From: Leucoraja ocellata
Lineage: Eukaryota
Assembly (NCBI GenBank): GCA_036785375.1
Contig: JAWMAR010000008.1
Coordinates: 3,410,001 to 3,474,000, forward strand
Length of the DNA: 64,000 nt
Direction: 5' to 3'
The translations under genes were made by a program, and so were the position numbers. The notes under the pieces are model-generated. The model saw nothing but the letters and a program-made list of their open reading frames with translations. It had not been told where the DNA came from and searched no databases. Below, piece after piece: positions 12,365 to 24,290 of this stretch; within the stretch, counting starts at the first letter, position 1; each line of letters opens with the position of its first letter.

Positions 12365-15300
12365 AAGGCCCATTCTTGTATTCGTCCAAATTTGAAACTA
12401 CTAAATGTACAGTTTATTTGCTTCTGGAGATGTGCACAGATGGAATGGGACAGTGAGTTGGATTATATTGAATCTGTTCTGTCACCTGCACTACCTGTTC
12501 TGAACAACCATACTGTGCTTCTGTGCTAGGAGGAGTAACTCTATACTTTAAACAGCTTTGGTCATTGGATTCTGAATGCCTGCCCCCCCCATTAATGCCC
12601 TTATGGCTTTTGACACAGTCAGCCTTTAAAGTTGGTTTTAATTATCTTTTGAATGTCAAAGCCAGTTAGAACGTCAAATATATTTAACTAAAGTTAATTC
12701 TGCTAATTTATTTTAAAGCTTCATAAAGTAACATATTTAAAAACATTAAATAAAGCTAACCAGTTATTGGCGTTTCCCATGTCCTCATAGGAGCTAACAG
12801 CTCCATTTAAATAAATGGGGTCCTGTCATCACTGACAATACTGTAAGGCCAGTTTCAACATGGTAATGTTCCACCACCTTGTGTCCAGCAGCAAAATGGA
12901 AAGTAACTTGTGCTGGTATTTAACCTCCAGCAAATCACAGACTTGTGTTTCTGTGAAAGCCCGAGACAAGCTGAACAATAATCAAAAGATAGCCGTCACT
13001 TCCCTGCAGAACTAGCATGAAGAGTTAAGTGTACACGGACACCTTTTTATCAAAAATGAAATAAACTCTGAAATATCCATGCCTAAAGAATTAGTCTAAA
13101 CCTTGACAACATAACATATCTTTCAATGGTATTTGAAATAATGTCCTTGAATTTTGGAGAAAGTGACTGAATGTTTTGCTTAGTTTATTGTGTCTTGTTC
13201 TCCTTCTTGTCGTCACTGGTAATGGATAGTACTTGCAGCTTACATGTTGTTTTCCAAATGATCAAAGTGGAATCTGTAGATTCATGTGTTCAGAACTCTA
13301 AAATCAATAATTCAATGGACATTTTTATACCCATCTAAAAGCTTTATAAATTAATAGTTGTATTATTTGTTTTATGTGCTGTAGATTATGTCATTGCATC
13401 CCTTGCTTCATTGTTGAACTTTATGAAGGTTGATGAAAGTTACGTTGGCACTATCACAGAGCATATTTGGTTTATTAACTAGATATATGCCAGTATACTT
13501 TAAGAAAAACTATATCTAAAATCGCAGCTTTCAAACTTATATAATTGTTTCAGTACGTCAATTGTTTTGAATAAAATAGTAAAAATAACCTGGATTTGCG
13601 AGTTTAAGGACTACAGCCAACTTGGGTGGGTTGTGCTGCCCAGGTCTCATCTCCCTTTCTTCACACCCAGGCAGATGTTGCAATCTGATGACTCTGCATG
13701 CCTGCAGTTGCTAGGGGTCGAAATGAGCCACAGGAGGTAAGAAGCTAAACTATAGGGACATTATTTTTATACTTATTTTTGAAAACAAATAACATTGTGT
13801 CATTTCAATGTTGAAGTCAATATTTAAACTCAGTTTAAAAATTAAGTGAACTCAAACTCTTTGGAGCAAATAAATAAACATAAAATGACGATAAAGTAAC
13901 GCCTTCGCTGTCACTCCCTGTGGTGTATATTTCAGGCCTTTTTGTTCCCCAGCATAGTGCTGGAAATCCTAGCAAGGCTGGCGTGCAATGGGCATAAGAA
14001 GTTAGCAGAGCAAACTCAGATTCAGCCTCCTAAATTTTTTTGTATGTCCAAAGTTTCCACATTTGATGTGTTATTATGTATGTTCACTCAGTTTGAAAGC
14101 ACACAATTCATGGGAAACCTTCAGCCACATCATTCATTCATTGGTGACTGAAACATCATTTGTCATTTATGTGCATTTTATTGTTGCATTTTATTAAATC
14201 TCCTATAGCCCTTCAGATTGTCAGAGCATTTCCTAATTTCTAATGTGATTCAATGGGTGGTGATAGTATTAACTAGCTTTTGAGTATCCTCCTCTGTGGG
14301 AAGGTTGCTGATGATGCTCATATAATGTCAAACTTTGGTGTTAATGCTACAGCCAACTGTTCAAAAATGTTTTAATGGATGGGGGGAGCATTTCAAACAA
14401 CTTCTAGATGTGTGATTTAAGAACATCACAAGTTTGAGTTTGTCACCAGTTCCAGTAAATCTGAAACCCAAATGTCTTTGCTATTTTGCAAACATCCACA
14501 TTTTAGGTTTAATTCAAATTTGGATTTGACCGGTTCCAGTTGTTGTCAGTATAATGGGTGCCACTCTTCTGGACACACTTTAATTCTTGTTACAGCACCA
14601 CTCCACTTGCCTACATTCCTTAATTTTTTTTTGTCATTTCTGCACTGTGTTATTTTGTAAGTTCACCTGAACTACCTGTTCTGAACAGCCAAGTTGCACT
14701 GTCGCAGACTTGCTGAAAAACTGCTGTATCTTTATTTTTCCGGTTCTGATAAAAAGGTAATTGAATGAAAATGTTTATTACTCACTCCCATATAGTCCAG
14801 GATATGAATATTTAATTTCAGACTTTCAACATTTACTATATTTAACTTTTGTGTTTGTCTTGTTTCTACCTTTGTGGGTACATATAAACTGGAACACTTT
14901 TTGGATTTAATGAGAAGTGAAAGTGACTGGTTAACTTCTAATCTCAAGATAAGTTTGGATCTTTCATAACCTGTATAATCTTGCCATGTGATTTGATATC
15001 TAAGCAGGAAGTGGGAGCAAGGTTAGTTGAGATATTGGTTATTGCACAGATTAGACAAATGTGATGAAAGTGGGATATTTTGCTGTTCCAGTACAATTAT
15101 TGTTTAAATTCTGCATTTTGGTGATGGTGAAATCTTTATCTGGAGGCCAATTTGCAATTGTCCCGGTAATCTGGTTTATACAGCAAGGGATCTGCTATTT
15201 TATATGCCTGGCGGTTGTGAAATAATTGTATTGATTATATTAATGATATAAAAATTGTACATATGAATGTTTTAATAACAGCAAATTTCAAACCATAAGT

Positions 15301-16054
15301 TATGTATTTCTTTAGATGTGGTCCTCAGTGTTCTTTGATGCACATTTTGGGATGCACTAAAAGCTTGAATGTTCATGGCTAAGAACCATTTAAGATTATG
15401 TTAAGAAACTGGTGAGATTTGTGGTGTACAACTGTCTCAGAATGCACCTATTGTTAATAGTTCAAATCACTGTGCAATGAGCTGTGTTGGAGGCAACTAA
15501 TTCATAGAATAATGTGGTGTATGTGATCAAGGTTTGTAGTTCGGCCCTAAAATCACATCAGTAGAGAACAGCTTTATGTGGGATATTGCCGCAGTGTAAA
15601 TAAATATGAACAGGAATTTATGTACGGGGTAATTTCCAGTTTTGACAAATACAAAACGTTAACCAAATTTGACCTTTTTCCCCCCCTCTTTTTCTCATTG
15701 CTGGATTTTTTTTGATACCCACCTTGCTGCCAAACCAAAATAAATTGTAATTGTTGAAAATTATGTATTGCGTGGTACATCAGCATAATTAAATAGTCCG
15801 CAGATACCTATGCGCTGATCATGCACAAGATTAGGTGAGGTTCAAAGATGCTTGAAGTGATTGTTTCTTGACTGTAGTCAGTACATTCAACAATGTAGAA
15901 AGAATTGGTAAGATCAAAGGGAGATAAGGGGAAAAAAGCATGTTTATGAATTAAATGGTTTGGTGATGTTACGTAAGGAACACATTTTCAGAGTGAGAAA
16001 GTGCTGTTTGTTAAACATAAATTTACCACTTAATTTTCCTGAGCTCTTAATCAG

Positions 16055-16171
16055 AGAATATGAAAGTCGTCTGTCTAGATACGCTGAGCGAATCTGGACG
16101 TGTAAAAGCACAGGCAGCAATCAGCTCACTCACAAGGAGGCCTGGGAGGAGGAGCAAGAAGTAACTGAATT
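16055..16171 (+). CDS. BAZ1B: BAZ1B exon 2 (WAC)
   Basis: EYESRLSRYAERIWTCKSTGSNQLTHKEAWEEEQEVTEL; cag|A...TT|gtaagt; 117 nt. Confidence 0.97.
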
Positions 16172-16691
16172 GTAAGTATATCGGAGATGTTTTTACACAA
16201 AATACTATTGATGACTGAAATTTGACTCCACCTGTTGCTGCAGTGAGATCTGTTAATCATTGTTGCATTAAATAGTGCTTTATTAACTAGTAACATCCTT
16301 CTATGAATTGTATATGTTTCATTGAAATAATGATAAATGGTAGGCTGGAGTCTATTTTAAATTGGATCAGCTGTCTAAATTGTCTCATGGTTTCTTACAT
16401 TACCACCATGACTGCACAGGTAAAACAGTAGTTTCTAGATGTGAAGTAACTCTGAATATCCTGAGGTCATGAAACCCATGTAAAACTATTTATGTCGATT
16501 ATGTGTACCTAATTCATCTATTAGGTGTATTATGGCTAAATCCTAATGTGACAGAGATCCTGTAAAATCAACATTTGGCAATTGGGAGATAAAATTATTG
16601 ATGATTGAGCATAAGTTTTGACAGCTATTTTGACACAGTGTTGTATGGTACAACTTTTAACATCCTGTCTCCAGTGCCAGACAGGGTAGAT

Positions 16692-16914
16692 CAGTGGTTC
16701 CCAACGTGGGGCGTACACCCCACAGGGGGGCATTTTGATTTTTAAGGAGGGCAATTGAGCGCGACTGAGGAGGTCTGGGTCCAAATTTTCGATTTTTATT
16801 TTTTGGATTTTCCATCAGATAAACATATGTAGTTTATGTTTCAGATGCTATTTTGAGTAAATATTTTAGAGGTGATTAGGTGGGGCATGGCCAAAAAAAG
16901 GTTGGGAACCACTG
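16692..16914. mobile_element. hAT (Charlie-like) MITE, 223 bp
   Basis: TIRs CAGTGGTTCCCAAC / GTTGGGAACCACTG; perfect 8-bp TSD gggtagat (16684-16691, 16915-16922). Confidence 0.93.
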
Positions 16915-17251
16915 GGGTAGATGGTTGAAAAACAGAATTTTACCTCTCCTGAACATTCTATTATCATCTGTCATCTTTGTCATTGAAGGGTGAAAGGAAA
17001 CTGTTTCTGCAGTACAGTATTACTAGGTTTACCTGGAAAAGGCGCTAATTTACAATCCCCTTCACTTAACTTTAGAGTGGTGTCTAATTTTAAGCAGTTT
17101 ATCCCCTAAAAAGAAGAGATATGGACTCATGCTGTACCTTGGAAACCCCAAATTCTGCAATTCTATACTTTGTTTTACCTGAACTTTTCATGGGTTTTTT
17201 AAAACTCAAGTTTGGTGTCAGTAATTTTCAGTTCACCTTATTTCACCTGTT

Positions 17252-17695
17252 TAAGAAAGATCTGCAGATGCTGGGGTAATCAAAGGTAGCCAAAAGTGCT
17301 GGAGAAACTCAGCGGGTGAGGTAGCATCTATGGAGTGAAGGAATAGGTGGTGTTTCGGGTCGAGACCCTTCTTCAGACATTGGGGGAGGGGGGGGGTCGG
17401 GAAAAAGAAAAGAAGAGGCGGAGACAGTAGGCTGTGAGAGAGCTGGGAAGGGGAGGGGAAGGAGGGAGAAAGCAAGGGCTAACAAATTGGAGGGCAATGT
17501 TCATACCGCTGGGGTGTCAACTACCCAACCGAAATATGAGGTGCTGCTCCTCCAATTTCCAGCTCTCCCACAGCCTACTGCCTCCGCCTCTTCCTTTCTT
17601 CCCCCCCCCCCCACAACAGTCTAAAGATGGGTCTCGACCCGGAACTTCGCCTATTCCTTCGGTCCATAGATGCTGCCTCACCCACTGAGTTTCTT
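17252..17695. mobile_element. Penelope 3' end with inverted pLTR copy (fold-back)
   Basis: Arms ~17302-17447 and ~17558-17695 are reverse complements. The centre on the minus strand encodes KLEEQHLIFRLGS*HPSGMNI, the C-terminus of the PLE GIY-YIG endonuclease. Hammerhead core on the minus strand at 17353-17376. Confidence 0.88.
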
Positions 17696-18559
17696 ATTCC
17701 ATCTGTTAATTGGTTAGAACCAACTGAATACAAATCATAACACCGTAACACCATAGAAGATAACCCTGCAGATTATTTGAGCCGACATCCATAGCTGCAA
17801 GAGCTTTGCTTTAAGGCCCTCTCCCCTATCCTATTCATGTAAACTTACAATTATTTTCCTATTGGATATTGATCCAATTCCATTTGGAAGCCACAATTGA
17901 CACTGCATCCACTGCCCAGCCAAGCAATTAATGCTATTAAATATTTACATTTATCCATGCTCCACTTTCTAAAATAGAATGTTATTTGCCTCCTCAAAAT
18001 AACTCCAAGCCATTCTGTGGGAATGTTGTTATGTTGCTAGATTAACTGCAATATGAGTCTATCCTTTAATGTATTCATTGCACTGATAGAATTGGCTTCT
18101 TGAAGATTCTTACCATGGGCTGATTTTAAACCAAAAGTTCACAAGGAGGGATCAAAGGCAAAACAATACAATTACTTTTATGAGTAGAAGAAAATCTGGC
18201 TGAGGTACTAGAGCTGTGTCCCTAGATTGCCAACTTGAAAGCAATGAGGGAAGAGTTAGCGACGGGTAATGTCAGAGTAGTTAATTCCGAAAAGTTACTA
18301 CCTTTTTAATCACCAGATACTCTTGCAGTTCCGAAAAGTAAGAATTCTTGCGATCATGGAGAGTAACTAGTTAAGGTGAATAACAATTAATTTAGAAAGG
18401 AGAACAATTGACCACATTGTTATTGTCAGTTTAGGAAAGAGTGATGACTGCTTTGGTGAAATGGGATGCAACTTTTTTCACATTTAAAAAATAAATAAAT
18501 AGGATACAATATAATAAACAAAATAGAAAATTACATTTGCTACTTTGTCCTAGTAGTGT

Positions 18560-19020
18560 ATAGAGTTTGCACTTTGGGAGCTATAACCAAAGAAGCTTTG
18601 GTGAACTTCTGTGATACATTCTATAAATGTATTTTTGTCCAGGCCATAGTGTGCTGCTTAGGGAAAGAGAAGTTATCATAGATGGTTTGACATTGAAGCT
18701 AAATAGCCAGGAGTTGCAGATGTTTAAGCAAGGTGAGGCTATTCTGTCACACCGGCATGCTGGAAAGGCTTGGTATGCGAGTCATTTGGTGCAGTATTCC
18801 CAGCTTCTGATCTAATTTTGTGGCTGCGGTATTTGTGTGTCTAGTCTATTTCAAATTCTTGTTAAGTAAACTACCTCGTCCATGCTCTCACACTCAGCAT
18901 ATTAAAAGTGGAAAATTTGATAATGTCTTTGAGTTTTAAGGGTTGGGAAATGATTAGAGTCTCTTGTTGAAGATGGTCAATGCTTGGTAATTGGGTGCTA
19001 ATAATGGTACTTACAATTTA
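18560..19020 (-). mobile_element. Old CR1-like relic (similar relics at ~24390-24740 and ~43080-43290)
   Basis: Degenerate shared blocks (tattccc...cttctg; ggaaggctttgg; ctggtccagtt). Recognised by eye only. Confidence 0.4.
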
Positions 19021-19522
19021 ACGAACAAAGCCTTTAAAATAAGCTTTGAAGTGATGTTAAATATATTAATTAATGTCTCACATGATAATGTCTTTAACGT
19101 GTTCCATCAATTTGCTGATTGAGAGTAAGCTAATAGTAATAGGATGACAATTTTCAATTTTTGTGGGAGAGGTGTTACAGAACTTTGGAGCAGCTTGACA
19201 AATGACAGTCTGGATTGCAGCAATACCTGAAATATTAACTCTCTGTTCCTCTGCACAGATGCTGCCCTATCTGCTGAGTGATTTCAGTCATTTTTAATTT
19301 CATGATCAATCCTCTTCTTTACCCCATTAGATGAGCGTGTTTGCAAGCACTTCGGTTGTACGGTTTGCATTGACATTGTTTGCTATTATTTGACAATTAT
19401 TTCTTGCACATGTTGAACTCTGGAATTAATCCATTCCCCAATCTGCTCAAATTTCTCAAATGTGTTACCTATATTCACAGTCAAAATTTTACAATTCTTT
19501 TACCAATGGACTTTTAACTCTC

Positions 19523-19818
19523 AGTTTTGTTTAGAGATATAGCGTGGAAACAGGCCCTACGGCCCACCGATTCCGCACCAACCAGCGATCCCCACACATT
19601 AACATTATCCTATACACACTAGGGCCAATTTACGCATACACCAAGCCAATTAACCTACATACCTGTACGTCTTTGAAGTGTGGAAGATCTCGGAGAAAAT
19701 CCACGTGTTCACGGGGAGAAGGTACAAACTCCGTATAGACAGCACCCGTAGTCGGGATCGAACCCGGGTCTCCGGCGCTATAAGGCAACAACTCTACCGC
19801 CACGCCACCATGGCCGCC
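19523..19818 (-). mobile_element. HE1-type tRNA-derived V-SINE
   Basis: Minus strand: ggcggccatggtggcgtggcggtagagttg (A box), ggttcgatccc (B box, 19754-19764), central V-like domain, and CR1-derived tail gggccgtagggcctgtttccacgctatatctctaaac. Confidence 0.9.
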
Positions 19819-19883
19819 TTAATTTGCTCTTGCCTATTATGTTTAATAGTGGCTTTTTGCCATGTTCTGCTTTGTTACCATAG

Positions 19884-20028
19884 GCTAAAGGAGGAGTATC
19901 CAGTATGGTTTGAAAAACCTGTGTTGGAACTGGTTCATCATAATACGTTGTCCTTGGACAAACTAGTTGACAAAACCTGGATGGAAATTATGACAAAATA
20001 TGCTATGGGGGAGCAGTGTGAATTTCAG
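19884..20028 (+). CDS. BAZ1B: BAZ1B exon 3 (WAC)
   Basis: LKEEYPVWFEKPVLELVHHNTLSLDKLVDKTWMEIMTKYAMGEQCEFQ; tag|G...CAG|gttagt; 145 nt. Confidence 0.97.
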
Positions 20029-20627
20029 GTTAGTTTTGGAAGACATTTTAGAAATGTGAAAAGTGTTCCCTAAATGACGACGTGTTGCATTTGTATAGTT
20101 TAGATTCAATAATCCTAGTGCTTGATATTTGTGCTTTGGTCCTTTAGCTAGAAATGAAAAATCAAAGGAGTAACTAGTAACAAATTAGTTTCTGTGCACA
20201 ACTGGACAATGGATGTAACGGAGATACTTCTACATCGGAACTCATGTAGAACAGCTTCTTGGATGTAAAGCTGTATGTTGCTAGAAATCTTTATTTTGGG
20301 TAGTTATAGATTTCACAAATCACTATTCAAAATTTTGAGATACTGAATAAGATTTGCTCCCATGGAATTTATGGGCCAGTGGGGGAGTAAATAAATCCAA
20401 TATGTTTATTTTCAACTCTAATTTATTGATGCAACCTGCAAATCCAGATAACATGGCACAGTGTTGTGGAATATTGGAATGTAAAATATCCCTTCCCTCA
20501 GTGGAACTCAGGAGTCACCTGTTGCTCAGGTCTCAGGAGCAATCTTTTCTTTTATGCATAGATGGTATTAATACAGTTTAAAATTGAAAGGTTACCAAAG
20601 CTAAATAACTGACCTCTTGCCTGCTAG

Positions 20628-20829
20628 GTTGGGGAAAGCAAAATCCTTCCAGTCGTGGTGGTAAAGATACATCCTCTGGAGTTGAAACAGGAGTTGTCTT
20701 CTGAGAAGAAAACTGAAGGATCCTGCAATTCGCCTTCCAGTGACAAAGAGAACTCCAGTCAAGTGGCACAAGATAACCTTCGTACAGAAGTTTGCGTCAA
20801 AGTTGAGAGCAAGAGGGACAACAATATCA
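20628..20829 (+). CDS. BAZ1B: BAZ1B exon 4
   Basis: VGESKILPVVVVKIHPLE...CNSPSSDKENSSQVAQD; tag|GTT...ATCA|gtatgt; 202 nt. Confidence 0.96.
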
Positions 20830-21169
20830 GTATGTGCTGCATAATTCTACGATGTATGGCGCAGGGACAGGCACACAGAATTGATGTGAATAATCAGTCT
20901 AGCTTTCTGTATTAATGTGAGAATTCCTAGGACATGATTCTGTCTTTCCCGTTGTTTCTTAAATTAACACTTTAAACATGCTCCATTTTACGAGTGATTC
21001 AATTCTACGTATGTTCAAGTTGTACGATTTACTCACAACCGGTAATTTTTCTAATGACAACTCAATCTTTGTACCTTATCCTTTCCCCATGCAATGAATA
21101 TTCTGTTTCAGTTTTTCAAAGCCATAATTTCTCTCTTTTCTTTGCATACAAACATAAGCTGTCACAATA

Positions 21170-21372
21170 CAAAACTCAAAATGCTGGTGGAATTCAATGG
21201 GTCAGTATATGTGGGAGAGAACAGACATAGGACATTTCAGGTTGGCACCCTGCAATCAGTCTGAAGAAGGATCCCAACTTGAAATGTCATCTGTCCATTC
21301 CCTCCACAGATACTACCTGCCCCATTTAATTTGTCCAGCGCTTAGTGTTTTGCTTAAGATTCTAGCATCAAC
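21170..21372. mobile_element. Palindromic Penelope-derived mini-element (diverged)
   Basis: Two inverted pLTR halves; + strand core CTGAAGA (21261-21267)...GAAAtgtc (21281). Confidence 0.65.
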
Positions 21373-22427
21373 TGTCACCACAACTTAATGTTTGGTCATA
21401 ACATCCTTTATTGGTATAATCCTAAATCAAACTATGACAAATTTTCAAATAGATGCTGAGAAACTTCTTGTGTCAGGCCATTCAATGACTGAGTAGGAGC
21501 ATTGCAGATCTTGAAAATAGGAAATATGTAAAGTATCTACTATCATGGTCTCTCCATTTTAATAAATATAAATATGGAGTATAAGAGGAGAACTGGTGCT
21601 GAATTGCTACATTGTTAATTGCTCGTTAGATTAAATGTCCAACTGGGGTTACTTGTGGGAATTATGTCATGAAGAGGACACAGAAGGTGTTACTGCATCT
21701 ACACAAGTGATGTTTATTTTAGAGTTCTCTGGCGGGTCATGGGTGGGGGGGGGGGGGTGGGGAGGAGGAGAGAAGTAAAATATATTTAAGTAAGGATTTG
21801 TAATGGGATTTGATCAAAGTGAAACTAGAATGGTAGAGAATTATTACATGAAAAAGTAATGAGATTTGCAGAAGGAAGGTTTATTGTTTTAATTGTAAAA
21901 TCCAAGGCTTGGGAAAACCACTGAACAGGGAGGTGGACAAAAGTAAACTCAGATGTTCAAGGACCTTTGCTATTGTAATGGTATTAGTCAATATTATGAG
22001 TTAGTGTGGCCTCAACATTTAACGAGTTTCCTCCCAGAAATTGATTTTTTTAAATTTCCCAAAGTCTACTAAATCCATTGAAGGATTAAAAATTAGGTTG
22101 TAAGAAGGAATGGCGTTGAGCTTCTTTTAGGCACTTCATGGTGAACTACGGTTTGGTGCTCCTGCTTGATGACATATTTGTTTTTTTGGTCAGTGGAGCA
22201 GTTCTATTAGAGCTCTTGGCAGCTGACTGAGCATAGAGAAGAGTTATTATTCCATGTTTATCAACATGGTAGAATTTAACAGATAAGACTGCAATGCCTT
22301 TAATGCTTTTGGAGTGGATTTTCTCATTCTATGTGAATCGGCTTATTGCATATAGTAATTGAAGTGTCGGTCTCCTTGTTTGCATTAAGATAGCAGAATT
22401 CTAAAATAAATGTGTTTTGCTCATCAG

Positions 22428-22549
22428 GTGACAGAGCTCGCCGATCACCACGGAAATTACCTACAAGCCTCAAGAAGGAAGAGAGGAAATGGGTTCACCC
22501 AAAATTTCTACCGTATAAATATGATGTAAAACTGCTGGAAGAGGACAAA
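22428..22549 (+). CDS. BAZ1B: BAZ1B exon 5
   Basis: DRARRSPRKLPTSLKKEERKWVHPKFLPYKYDVKLLEEDK; cag|GT...AAA|gtaaga; 122 nt. Confidence 0.97.
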
Positions 22550-23175
22550 GTAAGAAATAAAACAATCTTTTTAATAGGATTTGTTAGTCTGATCATTCTG
22601 TTTATAAAAATAAATGTAGTTATTAAAGATGGTCTCGGAAGATAAAATAGAACTGAGCAAGTAAGTAATCACTGAGCGTTTTGCATAATGCATCTTAGAA
22701 ATGTGGGGTAAGCTTGCCAATGTCGAGATTATTAATATTAGTGAATGGGATGAATTCCATTCTGACTCCTTGTGCAAACATTAAGCATCTCCTTGTCAAC
22801 TGCAGCAGTTTAAAAACAGCCAAATTACGTGTCTCAAAATTGGATTCTTAGTCTACATTATAAAGGTTGCATTTTTTTGTCTCAGCAAATGGTACGCTAT
22901 TCAGGAACTTTTCAATAAGAAATACATGTGAACTGTTAATTTATGCCTAAACTTTATTTGAAACAACTCATTCTTGTCTCATAGTTTAAAAAAAAATTTT
23001 TAATGAAGATTTTAAGGTTTACTGATGTCAAAATATGACTAAGACTATACATAATTGAAGGAGAGGGAAGAAACATAACTGTTTCAAGAAGATATAGATG
23101 GCATATGTTGTTGCCAACAGGGACATGTGCATCAATCTGGATAATTTCTGAAAGTACCAAGGGCAAATAGACATC

Positions 23176-23992
23176 AATAGTTCAATAGTTCTTCATTGTC
23201 ACGTGTACCCTGAGGTACAGTGAAATTTGATTTTAGCATACTGTCGTATCCAAAAAAGCAACAAGATACAAAATTACATAAAAATTAAACATAAACTGCC
23301 ACCATAGCGGTGTTTAAGAAACCCTGGGCACACAGCAAAAGCGGAGACTCACAGCCATCAGTCCAATGGACGTGCCACACACACGCTCTTTACCGTGATG
23401 TGACCAGAGTTGCACCGACCACTTGTCGCTCTCTCTGCAGTCCCTGTCTGCCCGAACAGTTGGAGAGCCGTCCGCACTCGCACCAGACTCCAGGACGCTC
23501 CTGTGGCGCGACGTTCCCGCAACACAGAGACCACCGCACTCACGGTAATCCCTCCGAGTCCCCGCCAGCGCAGGCAGCATCCATCTTGCTTTTGCAGACC
23601 TCGCACTCCTCACCGTGATGGAAGGCGAATAACTTTTACCTTCTTCCTCCTTTTCTCCCGCGGTCGGAGCGATCGAAACATCCGCAGTTGGGGCGATTGA
23701 AGCCCCTGCGATCGGGGTGATCGAAGCTCTTGCAGCTGGAACTCTCGAAGCCGATCTCTAACAAAGGGACCGCCAGTTCCACGATGTTAGGCCGCAGTGC
23801 GGATGGAGATAGGACACAGAAAAAGTTGCATCTCTGTCAAGGAAAGAGATTAAAACAAGTTTCGCCCCCAACATAATATAAAAACTAAAGATCAACTAAA
23901 ACATACAAATAAAACAGACTAAAAACTACACAGAAGAAAGGAACAAGACAGGCTGTTGGCGAGGCTGCCTCTCATGGCGCCACCAGGTGGTG
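23176..23992 (-). mobile_element. GC-rich non-autonomous retroelement with Rex1-like tail (copy 1)
   Basis: 7-bp TSD agacatc (23169-23175, 23993-23999). Minus-strand 3' tail tttcactgtacc...acacgtgacaatgaa(gaactatt)n. Both ends are shared with 42441-43001. Confidence 0.8.
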
Positions 23993-24119
23993 AGACATCT
24001 TAATTAACAGTAAAGGTTGGTTTGCAAATTGTACCACATCAGGTTGATCCACATGATCCCGTGTTAAACTGCTCCTGGATCCAGAATGCATCAAAAGGTA
24101 TCATACTATTATTGGGATT

Positions 24120-24290
24120 GACACAATGCTGGAGTAACTTAGCGGGACAGGCAGCATCTCTGGAGAGAAGGAATGGGTGACGTTGGAATACATCACCCAT
24201 TCGTTCTTTCCAGAGATGCTGCCTGTCCCGCTGAGTTACTCCAGCATTTTGTGTCCACGGTTTAAACGAGCATCTGCAGTTTCTTCTACA
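24120..24290. mobile_element. Near-perfect palindromic Penelope-derived mini-element
   Basis: ~63-bp inverted arms (24120-24255) around a ~7-nt loop, followed by the gcatctgcagtttctt terminus. Confidence 0.85.

Larger units (their letters stand above)
9619..16054 (+). other. BAZ1B: U12-type (minor spliceosome) GT-AG intron 1 of BAZ1B
   Basis: 5' site GTATCCTTA matches the U12 consensus. Branch-point-like CCACTTAAT / TTTTCCTGAG lies 12-29 nt before the AG. Confidence 0.88.

Noticed and set aside
13684-13800. Box C/D snoRNA (TGATGA)
   Set aside because: No box D (CTGA) or terminal stem at a suitable distance.
19740-19818. tRNA gene
   Set aside because: The A/B boxes belong to the head of an HE1-type SINE; no complete cloverleaf. 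The same applies at ~33330-33404.
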